From Eledone cirrhosa (taxonomy: Eukaryota), in contig OZ024740.1 in assembly GCA_964016885.1 (NCBI GenBank), forward strand, positions 360,220,001 through 360,284,000: 64,000 nucleotides of DNA, written 5' to 3'. The position numbers were made by a program, and so were the translations under genes. The notes under the pieces were generated by a model. The model saw only the letters and a program-made list of their open reading frames with translations, ran no database searches and had not been told where the DNA came from. Below, piece by piece: positions 13,826 through 27,580 of the stretch (position 1 is the first letter of the stretch; every line of letters begins with the position of its first letter).

Positions 13826-16800
13826 TGTGGTTGGAAAAAGCTACCTCACTTACCGCTTTTCATAGGCGCCGCTAAATCCCATTGCTGGTTTCTCCTCTAC
13901 CACGTGCGCCCAACTCATTAACACCCGGGAACTGCCAAACTCGCGTCCACACCGTTCCTCATCACCACTAGAGAGAGACCGATCTGCTGGCCCTTCCGGT
14001 CGAGCACCCTTCCGGCCAAGCACCCTTCCGGTCAAGCACTCTTCCGGTCGAGCACTCCCCAGCTTCCGGCCACCGCACACCACACCATACCCACACGCCC
14101 CCCCTGATCTCAAGGATCAATTTCCCCCTCGTCATTCTGCATATGAAAGTCTGCTGTCCAGGTTGGTGGTTTGCGACTTCTTTGCGATCTCCGCAGTGTT
14201 GGGGCGGCACTTTGGGTTTCCTCTTCCTCGGAGTCCGTTCACACAGTGATTCTACGGACATCCAGGACATGACGTGGTACTCCGTCCACGGACACATTGT
14301 TCTGGGAATTTACGGCCGTCACCGTTCCCCTTCTCCATTGAGATGTGCAACCTGGGGGCTTAGTCCAGACCTCTTCGCCCACCTGCACGAATGCATTCTC
14401 TCTCCCCACTGGCCGTTGCGGTGGCGTGCACGGGTGCCGCCACTCGTATCTGAATACTGCTCTGTGTGGCACCGATTCCTCAACCTGTCCCACCCGAGGT
14501 GACATGTTGTCCAGAACATTGCCTCCATTGGTGAGATGTGGCCCCGCTCCGCCATTGCTTTGATCGTCCGGTGGTGTCGCTCCACAATTCCATTTCCGCT
14601 CGGCCTGTACGCTGCTCTGAAGAAACGGTCCACCTTCCATCCATCGAGCATCTCCCTCAGCGCCTCCGAGGCGTCCACAGGGCCCCGCTCCAAGAACACC
14701 TCTCTCAACGTCAGCATGATTTCCTCGGCCGTTCCAGTCTTCATCTCCCTCCATATCGCCATCCGTCTTAGTCCACAGTCGACCATCGAGAGGTACGTTC
14801 CCTGTCGGTAGTGCGTTACATCCACCGCCAATCGCGATCCACCGGGAGGCTTCCCGTTTCGTGCACACCCGGGGCGGGATCAATGGACTGACATCGGACG
14901 CAGCCGCTAACCACCCTTCGAACACTGTGTCTGTTTATATCCGAGTCGATTCTCCTGGCTAGGAACAGGGTCCTATCCACTCCCATGTGGTGCATGTCAT
15001 GCAACCCTTTCAGATCCGACTCGGTCAGCCGACGCACGGCAGTTATCTCTTCTTCTACCTCCTCCGGCGCTTCCATCCAGGCTTTCTTCACCCTGGTTAA
15101 GACGTCCGCCCTATATTTCTCTGAGGGCACGAAAACTACGCTCAGCCTCAGGTCGAACTCGGTGGCCAACTCTCCTAAAGTTCCCAGGTGACGCTTTATC
15201 AGCATCTCCGCCGCCCCTCTCGTTCGCACCTTCTTCTCACTGGTGAGCACTGATCTCACCCATCCGAGTACAGTAGCCGAGTCGGTGCGTATCTCGATGG
15301 TGCGCAGTCCGCACCTCAGGGCGAGGTTCACCCCTCTCAACACCGCGTCCAGTTCGGCCACATTGATGTGATTGCAGTCGTCCTTCTTCCTAAGCCAGGC
15401 TGCATCCTCGACCTCAACACCTACTGTCTCCAAAGTGACACCCAGTGCTATGCTGCTGGCATCGCACCATACGGTCCCGCTCTGCGATTTGGGAACATAC
15501 CAGCGTCCCCGCACTGGGTCGTCGGCCTTCTTCCTCGGAGCCACCCTGCAATCGGGTAGGGACCCACTAACTTTCCCCACTTCGAGAAAAGCTCCCGCCT
15601 ACTCATACTTGGGCCCAGTTCTGGAACTTCATTTCCCCTCTGGAATACCAAGACGCCCGTCCTGTCTCGCCGTAGCCTAAGTCCCAGCGCGGCTCCTCCC
15701 TCCAACGCTTCTGACAGCTTTGCAGCCAGTCCATACCCCTGTAAATGGCTCGTGACCTCCGCCACCGACACTACAGACTCGTCCACTAGGATGTCGTCAA
15801 TGTAGGAATTAGTGGCCCTCTTCATCTTGTTGGCCTTTCCCAGAATGGTCATGAGGACCGCCGCCATGATCTTCGGTGCGGAGCTCAGCCCGAAACCGAG
15901 CCTGGTTAGGCAATATGTCCGGCCCTTATACCTGACCAGGTGATACTGCCAGAGCTTCTCATCTATATGCAATTGCAAGTATGCCGACTTTAGATCTACG
16001 ATTGCTGAACCCCCCGCCATGCGTCTCCACTCACGCAGGGTTTCCCCACAGACATCCGTGACCTCGCCATCCGTGTGGCATGACACGTGCTCGTTCAGCT
16101 CCCGAAAGTCCAGTACCGGCCTCACCTTGTTCTTCGTGGGTTGCGCCACCGCCATTAACGGCAATACTCCGCACTTCACCTCCTCTTTCCAGGGAAGCAG
16201 TATGCCCTCTTCAATCCATCTCTCTACCTTTCGCTCGAACTCCCTTCAATGTGTGTTGATAGCAGCCCACTTTGGTCTTCGGTGTTGGTGGTTCTCCCTT
16301 CCAGTACCACTCAACAACCCATCGCTGCCCATCGAACACGGCCTTGAAGTCTTTGTCCTGCACAGTGTAAGCGGGGTATTTCTCCTCATGGGCCTTCTGG
16401 TTCTCCTGTCGCGTACTCACAGCGCATACCGATGCAGCGCCGCCAAACGACACACCGACGTTGTTCACTGTGACGCCTCCTAGACGGCCAATTGCGTCCA
16501 TGCCCATAACCACGCCGATCCCATCCACCACGTTGTCAACTACAATGGCAGAAAGCCTTATTTTCCTTCCCCGTACCGCCATCTCCAACTCGCTGCGACC
16601 TCGGCATTCAATTTTCCTGCCGTCGACTGCCCTTACGCTGCTCTTCCCTCTCCACCTCTGCACCACCCCCGCGGTCACCAGTGTCGTCGTACAGCCCGTG
16701 TTCACGAGGGCTCGCTGTGGCTTTCCCCTCACGAAGACTTCCACCACGGGCAGCGCCTCTACTCGTAAGGGGCAACTACCGGCGCAGTAGTTCCCCTTGG

Positions 16801-17912
16801 ATCGTTTCCCTGGTCGCAGTTAGTAGTGATGTGGCCTGGTCGCTTACACCGGTAGCATATTATTTCCGGCTTTGACTCTCTACAGTCTCTCGCCATGTGC
16901 GGACCTCTGGCACCTAAAACAGCGACCTCTAAACGTTCACGGGCGACTGCGTGCCGTGGTTGCCTCCCTTTCACCATTTCGCTGCCAGCTGTCTTGAGCC
17001 TCTGTAGTTGCTATCACTGCGACACTCTTCCTGGCATCTTCTGCTATGATGCGGGCTTGCTCCACCACTGAACGCATCTCCATTTCTTTGTAACCCCGGA
17101 CTTGCTGCAGTTTCACCGCTATGTCGTCTGGAAATCCATTTATGAACGCCAACCGCACCGTGCGTTCGCATTCCACCTGATATCCAGCCAACATGGCCAA
17201 TCGCCGTATTTCCGCTGCGAAAATGTCAACGCGCTCACCGTTCCATCTAATTCTTGCTAGCTTAGCAAAAGCGGCTAACGGTCCCTCCGCGAACGCTTCC
17301 ATCATGCGCCTCTCAATATTTTGCGCATCTCTTTGACTGTGTTCATCCAACTCAAGGAAGAGTACCAACGCGTCCCCTCGAGGTACAGTGCCACATCTTC
17401 TATCTTCTGTAAGCTTGCGACCAGCCGGACTTTTCGCAGCCAAGCGACAACATCGCCTTCACCGGTAAATGCCCTAATCGCTTCGCTCGTTTGTAGTCTC
17501 GTCGCCATATCCTAATTTGTCTTGCGGTACGTAATAAAAAAACAACAACAACAGACTCCACTCTGTTTTTCCAGTAGCTTTGTTTTCGAGAAAGGTTTTT
17601 TTTTTTTTCAATCAGATCTCAGTTTCCAGTGCCGAAATAGCTTGTGGTTAGAAAAAGCTTTCTCACTTACCGCTTTTCATAGGCGCCGCTAAATCCCATT
17701 GCTGGTTTCTCCTCTTCCACGTGCGTCCAACTCATTAACACCCGGGAGCTGCCAAACTCGCGTCCACACCGTTCCTGACCACCACTAGAGAGAGACCGAT
17801 CTGCTGGCCCTTCCGGTCGAGCACCCTTCCGGCCAAGCACCCTTCCGGTCAAGCACTCTTCCGGTCGAGCACTCCCCAGCTTCCGACCACCGCACACCAC
17901 ACCATACCCACA
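13826..17912 (-). mobile_element. Compact (4.09 kb) Gypsy-order LTR retrotransposon, decayed
   Basis: 270-bp LTRs at 13826-14095 and 17643-17912 (TG...CA, about 9 differences), ATATC TSD, PPT at about 14096-14110, domain order gag-PR-RT-RNH-INT. Confidence 0.95.
14239..17508 (-). pseudogene. Frameshifted gag-pol
   Basis: Gag knuckle CYRCKRPGHITTNC; protease ALVNTG (catalytic D to N); RT VDLKSAYLQ...RLGFGLSSAP...YIDD; RNase H WCDAS...AELDAV...TDS; integrase H..HH...C..C and YRPSGNGIVER. Confidence 0.9.
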
Positions 17913-19879
17913 ATATCATCATCATCTTATTGAACACTTACTCACTTACCGACACACATGAAACCCCTTGTCACACTGTAGACATAGCAAGCTACAAGTG
18001 AGTAGACATGCAACAAACGAATCAACACCACAACACAATCACTACCAACATGACCATTGATAAACCATCGCTATAATTGGTGACATTCCAACATGATTCA
18101 AACTCACAGCTTTCTGATTGATCGATATTTACCAAGTTCTCATTTATATAATCAAACTTCACTTCTTCAAATTATTTACCAAACTTCGATTCTACGGAAT
18201 ATTTACGGTAACTTTGCTTCGCTTCTTCAATTCATGACCAAACATTTCACTGTGAAAATGCTACACACCTGAGAAATTGCTTCAACAACAACAACAGACA
18301 ACACTACTAGCTCCCTAGCAAGAAATGTTAACATTCTCATACCAAAGATTAAAAAAAAAAACTGACACACAAAAAAAAGAAAAACTGAACTTTTTGTTTA
18401 GAACAATTATTATTTTTTTGAAAGGTTGTATATGAACATTGATTGTACTGTATTATATGTCTGCGTGCACATGCACGTTTTGCATCAAACACTTACAACA
18501 CATCATTCCTTTTTTCACACAAGCATTTTGTTCTTCTTTACATATCCATAATGTATGTACTTGATTTGTGTGGGGATTCTGCGAGATCACTTTTCACCTG
18601 GTTGAGGTGCGGAAACAGCTATCGACACTGGGACTCAACTTGTCTGGACTCACTCAGGCATGCAACTCGAAATTGCACACACTCGTGTCATAGCGTAAAT
18701 CTCAATCCAGTTCATGACTTCCCCGACTCACTAGGAAAGCACGATACAAATTATACAAGCGATTCAGTCCTCTGTATACACAATTGGACGGCCGCAACCT
18801 GACACGCCAAACCATGCAGTTTAAAATACATGAGTGAGTTGATCACAACTCCGTATATTTACAGCTTCTTTTAAATGTTACACATACACATCTACACAAT
18901 TTTTTTTCCAAAATTTCTCTGCACACTAAGTACGGGAGCGGTGTCCTCGATTTATGTGTTTTGGGACACGTTCCTGTGATCAAATTTTACTACCTCTTTT
19001 ATAATCGATCGTTGCTCCTGCATCGATCTAGATGGGGAACTAATGTAGCAAAATCTGTCCACACCTTGAGCCCTGGGTGACATTTAACGGTCATTTTCTG
19101 GGTTATCTCCTTTCGGGCGTCAACACATCTGAGAGTGGACGTCCTATAGAGGTCAGCCCTTTATTCTCAAGGTTTGGGGACAGAGGAAGCGACAGAGATA
19201 AATAGCCTGCCTTAGATCAAACCGGCGACTTTAACTCTACTTTTACAAACAAAGAACGTACATAATTCTTGTGTATTTTTTGTATAGCTTCGGTGTGAGC
19301 TAATTTCAATAAATTAATAATATAGCGGTTTGGTGTCATCGTGGTTCATTTATATATATTCATTTTCTGTGTTATCAAGCAACTAACTTACCTGCACACA
19401 TGTAGCCTCTGGTCACACTGTATCACACAACAGTGACCACACGACACAGCAAGCTACACACACAACAAATCAAATCAACACTACAACACAATCACTACCA
19501 ACACGACCATCAACAAACCATCGCTATATGGCTACCTCCAGGATCTCTTGTGAGAGATTTTGTTGATGGCATTCACTATGATGTTTTGGGGGACAAGGAT
19601 TGTCTTTCAAAACAGCCACTCCTCATTGGAATGGTGGATTTGTAAATTGGGGAACACTTAATTTATTATGTTTATAACACTTTCCACACTACAAAATGAC
19701 GTAGGATCAAAGCATCCTTCTGTATCAAGGGATTGCTTTTCTATAAATGTAAACAGCTGAGAGGTGTTTATCTGTAACTCCAAGAGTCCCCATCCCTTTC
19801 CGCTTCTGTTATTTGCACAGAAGAAATCTCCAATCCCCCTCCCCCCATTCCATTTTAAAAAAAGAACGCGATATATAAT

Positions 19880-20140
19880 AAAGAAAGAAAATAATAGGAA
19901 AATGTATTCTACGTAAATTATAAAACATTTACAGAACTTCAGTATATACAATGTTTTAACTTTTTCATTTGGAGCATATAGGAAGAGTTTGTGGAGTTTT
20001 CCTAGTCTGGAATAACCTACATACAATTGACCATGTGAGAAACATCCCTCTTTCAGATGGTTTGACCTTGGGACTTATTAATGGTCATTGTGTAACTGAC
20101 TCTCATTGGGAATTGGAATCATTTGAAACAAAAGGGGACA
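19880..20140 (-). pseudogene. Helitron/PIF1 helicase C-terminal remnant
   Basis: Minus strand encodes MTINKSQGQT...SHGQLYVGYSRL. Confidence 0.8.
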
Positions 20141-21233
20141 TCTGTTGGTCACCATTTTATTTAGTGTTATCAGTGGTCAACGTACAAACTTCCTTTTTAT
20201 AAAAATATAAATAGATATATACATACAGAGAGAAAAAGGGGTAGTAAGAGAAAGTGAGTGAGTCAGATGTCAGGCTGACCAGGTAGAAAAGTTTTAGTTA
20301 GAGAGAGGAGGAGGTGGTTTGAATGAGAAGTGTAGTGTTTCCCTCTCTATATATTGATAGCATGATGGATGAAGAGACAGTATCAGTGTGCTAGAAATAG
20401 TAAATTCTCCTCCAACTGCACCACCCCCCATTTCATTTTCAGTAAAAGTCAGATTAGTTGAAAACATATAGAAAACTTGAATTATTATCGATTATATTTA
20501 GTGTTATTAGGGGTCAACATACAAATAAACTTCCTTTTTATAAGGATATCGATATACATTCTGTTACAATAGAAGAATACAATTTTCATTATTAAACCTC
20601 ATGGTGGGCGCCCAAGAATTAAAGTAAACTCTCTGCAGTGTCAATATGTAACATGATTTCAATTCATGGCTGGGATTATTTGGTGCTTCTCCAGAATAAC
20701 CAAACCTCTACCCCATCCCGTGTTTAACCCTTTAGCATTTACATTACTCTATATTTAATAATTGTTTCTACTTTTGGCACAAGGCCAGCAATTACTCAGT
20801 ACATTACTGGTACTTTATTTTATCGACCCCGTAAGGATGAAAGGCAAAGTTAACCTCGGCGGGATTAATAACTAGCAGAATGGCCCGGCGTTGCTCGGAA
20901 TTCTAAACATAGATTGGCATGTTTATCCCTCCTTTCTGAAACAGTACAGAGAAGTACGGAATATCTCGGCCTTGTGACCGTCGAATAGCAGATTCCACTG
21001 ACGATTCGTTTGCCCACCTTGTTCTTTTTCTTGCCGCTTTCGCAGTATTTCAGCCAATGGAGTATCTCTTCCGTCGAGGCATGACCTAAAAGTAGGACGA
21101 TGTACACTAAGTCTAACTGGTAGAGTAAGGAGTAAACTCGTCAGTGATGCATATGATTTCCGAACCATTGACTATGTAATTGCCAAGCCATGAGTGCCGT
21201 CTTAACCGGAACGCGACGTTATAGCTATGTATC

Positions 21234-23304
21234 TGTAGCAAGAGTTGCCTCCCTTGTTGTGATGATCACATCACCAATAGAGTAACGCTCTCTAGACAGG
21301 AAGTAGCTGGAGTTGCTTCCCGTTGGGGTGGCAGAGCCCTTTTTGTCACTTCCGTCCAAGGACTTATAAAAGGAATAACTTTCAGCTCTCTACCTCTCAT
21401 TTGCCTTTCGGCTCCTAGCCTTCTAACCTGTCTGGCCCTTCGGCCAGGCGCGTTCGTCTGGCAACCCTAACATGGCCTCTTGCGAGCTAACTTCAAAACG
21501 GTAACAAATAACTTTACTTCATTCTTTCATCTTCTACTCATTGACATGTCAACTATACTGTTCTACATAACCTCAACTTGTTAATTAAACATTATATACA
21601 CAACCTAGTGTCTTGTTATTCATACACACCAGTATTTTGTTATAAGTGGTGACCCCGAAAAAAGAAAAAAATGATAGGATCTGGTGTTGTGTGAATATAT
21701 ATAAAAAAATTAATTAGCAGTACCCCATTTTCGTTGGAATGTGTCGACCAACATTTCGAATACGCAGCAAACTTTATTAACAAACTAGGAAAAATTCGCA
21801 GACACAGAAACGAACACGCGCACATGTGAAATTCTCGTTCAGACAGACTCTTTTTCAACATGAACATTTATTTTTGCTGAATCTCAACTATTGCTTATTC
21901 TTTCCACCAAGTTTTTTTTTCATCGTTCACAAACAAATTGAACTCGCCATATTTGTTATACTAAGTGAAGCTTTTTTTTCTTTTTCATCATATTGTCACG
22001 TTCACACACACAGTTTTCAAAATGGCTGCCAACGACCTGTTGCACTATCATTTTCGCGCCATTTTCTCGAGCAATAGAAATTTTTTTTTTTTTCAACTTA
22101 ACCTTGTTTCGGCACGTGTAGGCAGCACACATCTCGACTCACTGAGATACCACACGCCATGGATAATGTTTCTTGCCAAGGATTCTCCAGCCTTAAGCTA
22201 TATTCTCCTATTTGCCGGTTTAAAAATTTACCACGTAAATTTGCTGTTGAAAACTGTGCATTTATTCAGAATGCTTATTTCTTTGGTCGCTGGCCTCTTG
22301 GCTCTTCCAGGTCAACGCATTCTCAACATCAACCATCAACTTTGGCTGTTATTTCTAGCACTTTGCGCAACTCATTTTTTCTGGGAAAATTTTTACTGTG
22401 AATTTAAACATCGAATACGCTCACTCCGCGAGACAACAACATCAACAGCAACACAGCTTCATCAACAACCAAAACCAGCAGAAGAAGCCAGAGAATTTAT
22501 TTTTGCAGCACTCTTCTTGTGAGAAAATCCCTTCGGAGGTTGGAAATTTCACGTTATACCACAGACCAGAAACCACCTGCATTCATTCTCTGGAACACAC
22601 TTTCTTTCCTGCTGTCATGTGATTGCACACCTGTGAACTGTATTTTGAACATTTGAACTTTGACCTCTTCTTTTACTTTGATTACATTGTATCTTTGAGT
22701 GACGGATAGATAGATGTCCAGTCGTCCTCTGGCCAAGAGCGGTTGGCTACCTTGATATCTATCATTGATTTTTGCATGCATATATTTTGCTGTTTTCTTT
22801 TTAGTGCAAACATTATTTTTTTCGTAATTTTCATGCCTGTTACATGCTCGCCATCTTACATGTTTCATTCGATTTTTATGTTTTAAAAATCTGGCGGGGG
22901 ATAATGTAGCAAGAGTTGTCTCCCTTGTTGTGACGATCTCATCACCAATAGAGTAACGCTCTCTAGACAGGAAGTAGCTGGAGTTGCTTCCCGTTGGGGT
23001 GGCAGAGCCCTTTTTGTCACTTCCGTCCCAGAACCTATAAAGGGAATAACTTTCAGCTCTCTACCTCTCATTTGCCTTTCGGCTCCTGGCTTTCTAACCT
23101 GCCTGGCCCTTCAGCCAGGCGCGTTCGTCTGGCAACCCTAACATGGCCTCTTGCGAGCTAACTTCAAAACGGTAACAAATAACTTTACTTCATTCTTTCA
23201 TCTTCTACTCATTGACATGTCAACTATACTGTTCTACATAACCTCAACTTGTTAATTAAACGTTATATACACAACCTAGTGTCTTGTTATATTCATACAC
23301 ACCA
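21234..23304 (+). mobile_element. Non-autonomous LTR retrotransposon (TRIM/LARD-like)
   Basis: LTRs 21234-21644 and 22905-23304; PBS TGGTGACCCCGA (21647-21658, tRNA-Trp-type); PPT GGCGGGGGATAA; ~1.26-kb interior without pol. Confidence 0.85.
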
Positions 23305-23403
23305 ATATCTATCTGCATTACGACATTATGAAAACATTGACTTCGCTATCTGTGTGTGTGTATATATGTATATATATAGTGTATATATATATATATATAT
23401 ATA

Positions 23404-23473
<70 letters not shown>

Positions 23474-23485
23474 TATATATATATA

Positions 23486-23550
<65 letters not shown>

Positions 23551-23866
23551 TTTGAATGGATACAGTTTAGTTGAAAGGAATTTATTGACACGTGTTTCTA
23601 TAACAGTTACATAACCTGAAAACAGCTTCTATCTACAAAGTATTAGTTATGCAGACATTCAATATTTCAATGTTATTATTTACTGTCATTTCATCAGAAT
23701 AATATTACTGAGGACCTGTTTGGTTTTTATAGAGAATATTAGGAGGGAGGGGTGAAGTTGCTAGAAGAATAGTTGAGGGAGTGGTTTTTTGATAGCAGTG
23801 AGAATTTTTGGTGGCAGTGAGTAATTAGATTCCCATCTGTTGTTTTGACATTTTTATAGAATATAA

Positions 23867-24088
23867 ACGCTCAGGGATAGCGATCAAAAGTTTACCCTAA
23901 CATGGGAGAAATTAGCTAAAACCCAAAGCTTTTCCAGGAGCCAAAATTTCTGCAAATTGTGTAATCTTGAGATTTATTACATAATCACACACAAGAAGAA
24001 ATTGCTGAATAACAGAATTGAACGAACATTATTCTGCCGTCACCGAACTAAAACCCTTTTTTCCCACTACAAGCCGAATATTACATAA
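23867..24088 (+). pseudogene. PLE GIY-YIG endonuclease C-terminus (absent from the ORF track)
   Basis: Manual translation TLRDSDQKFTLTWEKLAKTQSFSRSQNFCKLCNLEIYYIITHKKKLLNNRIERTLFCRHRTKTLFSHYKPNIT* aligns with the end of ORF 53690-54733. Confidence 0.85.
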
Positions 24089-24364
24089 AAGAGGGACATC
24101 CCCCCAACTATATAAACCTCAATCTAGTTAGAAAAATATAAAAACAATCTCTTCTCAACATATATATGTATATTAATAACCTCAAATTACCACACTAATA
24201 ATGGAAAGATATGCTGATGAGAATAGGTGCAAAAATGCGATAATGAATGTGTCTAAAAGCGACCATAAGTATGTATATATATGTGAAAATGTATATAAAT
24301 AAGTAAATATATATATATGTTTGATGTGTATAGTTAGATGTAAGTGTATTCATGTATTAAAGTG

Positions 24365-24439
<75 letters not shown>

Positions 24440-24973
24440 GTATATATGTACACATAGACTAGAGTATGTATGTATATATGTGTGTGTCTATACGTGTGTA
24501 TATAAAGATAAGTTGAGTATAAAAATGTATACACATGAACGCGTATGTATGTACATGAATACATGTGTGTGTATATATATGTATGCATGTGTATATGTAT
24601 GTAAGTATGAACATGTTACTATGTGAATGTGAGTATATGTATTTTGTAGAGGTGTGCAAATATGTTTGTGTGTGAATGCGTGGGTGAAAGGATACGTACA
24701 CTTGAAAGAAAAATTTAAGTCTGAATGTTAATTAAGTGCAAACACAAAACCAACCACGCATATCTTTACTATCTCTAATCCTTCTATAGATTTAGAAAAA
24801 TAACCAATAATATATTCTATAAAAATGTCAAAACAACAGATGGGAATCTAATTACTCACTGCCACCAAAAATTCTCACTGCTATCAAAAAACCACCCCCT
24901 CAACTATTCTTCTAACAACTTCACCCCTCCCTCCTAATATTCTCTATAAAAACCAAACAGGTCCTCAGTAATA

Positions 24974-25094
24974 TTATTCTGATGAAATGACAGTAAATAA
25001 TAACATTGAAATATTGAATGTCTGCATAACTAATACTTTGTAGATAGAAGCTGTTTTCAGGTTATGTAACTGTTATAGAAACACGTGTCAATAA
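24974..25094 (+). ncRNA. Type I hammerhead with greatly extended stem II (mirror copy 23582-23702 on -)
   Basis: TTATT-CTGATGA-A ATGACAGT..~75 nt..ACTGTTAT A-GAAA-CACGTG-TC-AATAA. Confidence 0.75.
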
Positions 25095-25241
25095 ATTCCT
25101 TTCAACTAAACTGTATCCATTCAAATCTTTCTATTTTTCTCCGGATTACTTTTGGAACTACAACCGGAACCGTCGAGCAAACTCTACGTGAGCTGTCAAT
25201 CTACTGTGTGTAATATTTATATTACAACACAACGGAAAATA

Positions 25242-25329
<88 letters not shown>

Positions 25330-26299
25330 TATATATATATATATATAGTGTATATATAATATATATATATATATATACATATATAGTGTTAGTCGAACCA
25401 AAGAGGGCTCGATAAGGATAAATGTATATCAAATATATAAGAACCCTAGAGCAAGTATTGTTCTCATTGCTGACGTATTATCTTCGCTTTTTTCCGTTCA
25501 TTGCCAGGAAACATCTTCACAAACCAAACTATTGTCTTCCTGTTTTCCTTCGGTTGCAACGTTTTTCGAAATATTTACTTCTGCGTTTTATGTTTTCATA
25601 ATTTCGTAATGCAGACAGCCAGACATGAGACAGACATACAGACAGGTAAGGGCGCGACGTTATAGCTATGTATCTATCTAAAAAGACAGACTAAGAAAGA
25701 GAAAGAGATCACTAACCGGCGGCTGCTAGGGCATTGAAAATTTGAAATATCTTTTGCTCAAAACACTCACACGACCATAAGTATTACATGTGTAAAGTTT
25801 GAAAAAAATTGGTTGGGTGGTTCTCGAGTTTTAGGGAGACAGACAGACATTCTCTGTTTTAGATATATAGATAATAATAATAATTATTATTATTCCAGTG
25901 TATTACTGGTACTTTAATACACTGGGACAATTGCTGGCCTTCATGATATACATGTGTGCATGTGTATGGAGGGGGAATATCAGGTATAGTGTTGCCGAAT
26001 TTCAGGAAGCATGGAGGTTTTAAAGGATGCAGTGTCCTAGCAGCTAACAACTGATGCAGGCAGTTTGTTCCATGCTTTAGCAACTCTGAGTGTGAAAAAA
26101 TGTTTCCAAAAGTCATGTACACAGTAAACACTTTATTTTACATAATTATCTCACATAATATTGAATCTATGAGATTTTGATATTATTCATTTTGAAAACA
26201 CTACTTTAACATGAAAGAAGTGAGAGAATTCTTGCCAGATATGGCCAGTTTAAATGCTAAAGACAATAATATCCCAAGTAATTTATTCCAAATAAACGC

Positions 26300-26468
26300 T
26301 TGGGTTGGGGTTAGGGTTTGGGGTTGGAGATGGGGTTAGGGGTTAAAGCTAATGTTAGGGTTGGGGTTGTTTGTATTGCTGTCAATTAATTATAAGAAAC
26401 TGATTTAATTAACCCTAACCCATACACTAACGCTAAACCTTAACTCTTACCTTAACCCCAACCCTAAT
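26300..26468. repeat. Inverted degenerate telomere-like repeats (TTAGGG...CCCTAA)
   Basis: G-rich arm, ~40-bp AT spacer, C-rich arm. Confidence 0.6.
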
Positions 26469-27249
26469 GGGGTGATGTGGGAGCTATTATGGAGAAGCAC
26501 TGGTTATTTCATATCACAATCAGCACTAAAAAAAATACAAAAAAACAAAACAACAAGTTCACGAATATCACATCTTTTCTTTCCCAATCTATAAAAGTTT
26601 CTATTATTCAGCTAAAAAAGTCATTATTTGATCAACTTCCCAAACCAGTTTTCTTATTTTGCATATATGGCTTCATTCTGTATGTGTGAAAAGGTTAAAT
26701 GCATTCATTTCTCATTTCTCATTTCTCTCTTCTCCAAATGCTGACTGAATAGTTTAGAAGTTCATTTCACAATCATTAGATCTCATGTTCAATTTCACTG
26801 TGTGATATCTTGGCTAAATTTTATTTACCATAGCCTTGGGTTGACCTATGCTTTGTGAGTGAAATTTGTTAAGTGGAAATTGTTTATATTATCATATCCT
26901 TGACACAACTGAAGGGTTCTCCCAATTTTTTGTTTGGCAAGCTTTCTACAGCTGAATGCCTTTCCTTTCACCAACCACTTCACAGCGTGCACTCTTCAAA
27001 AAGAAAAAAATTGAGGTAGTTGGGTACTTTATTTCTTGACCTTAGAAAGATGAAAGGCAAAGTTGACTTCAGAATGCAAATCACTGGAATAAATATTGCA
27101 AGGCATTTTATCTGATGTGCTCACTATTCTAACTATCCAATAATATTAATTGCCTTGCTTTGCTTTGGTTCCTGAACTCCTAATGAATTTTGTTCATACA
27201 TTCCATTGTTCATACATCTTGCTTATATGTTCCATTTTGAAATGGTTTC

Positions 27250-27580
27250 TACAACTCGATGCCCTTTCTAATGCCAATCACGTTATAATGTGTTTTCGAT
27301 GCATTTTATCAGGACACCAGCACTACTATTTGACAGAGTGTATTAGGTGCATTTTATCGTGGAACCAGTATGATTACTTTACAGAGTGTACTGAGTACAT
27401 TTTATCAAGGCACTAGCATTACCATGTTATAGGGTGTATTGGGTACATTGTATCATGGCACTAACACTTCTATTTACAGAGTGTACTGGGTGTATTTAAT
27501 CATGACACCAGTATTTTCACTTCAGAGTATACTGGGCACAATTTATTGTTGCACCAGCAGTACCACATACAAAGTGTACT
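27250..27580 (-). repeat. Degenerate ~46-bp tandem array derived from the SINE/RTE module; also about 27950-28100
   Basis: Repeated ACAGAGTGTACTGGGTGCATTTTATCATGGCACC-like units following GATGCCCTTTCTAATGCCAA. Confidence 0.65.

Larger units (their letters stand above)
23545..25245 (+). mobile_element. 5'-truncated Penelope-like element with inverted pLTR copy
   Basis: 23545-23864 is the reverse complement of about 24810-25133, with GIY-YIG C-terminus between them; flanked by microsatellites. Confidence 0.85.
20872..25871 (-). mobile_element. Non-autonomous Helitron-like element containing nested LTR and PLE insertions
   Basis: Minus strand begins A|TCTATATATCT at 25871 and ends with GC-rich CCGAGCAACGCCGGG then CTAG|T at 20872, in an AAT-rich site. 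It could be two elements. Confidence 0.55.

Noticed and set aside
21965-22522. 185-aa ORF inside the non-autonomous LTR element
   Set aside because: No recognisable gag or pol motif; low-complexity composition.
27250-27580. Regularly spaced repeats as a CRISPR array
   Set aside because: Degenerate tandem units without unique spacers, no cas genes, eukaryotic context.
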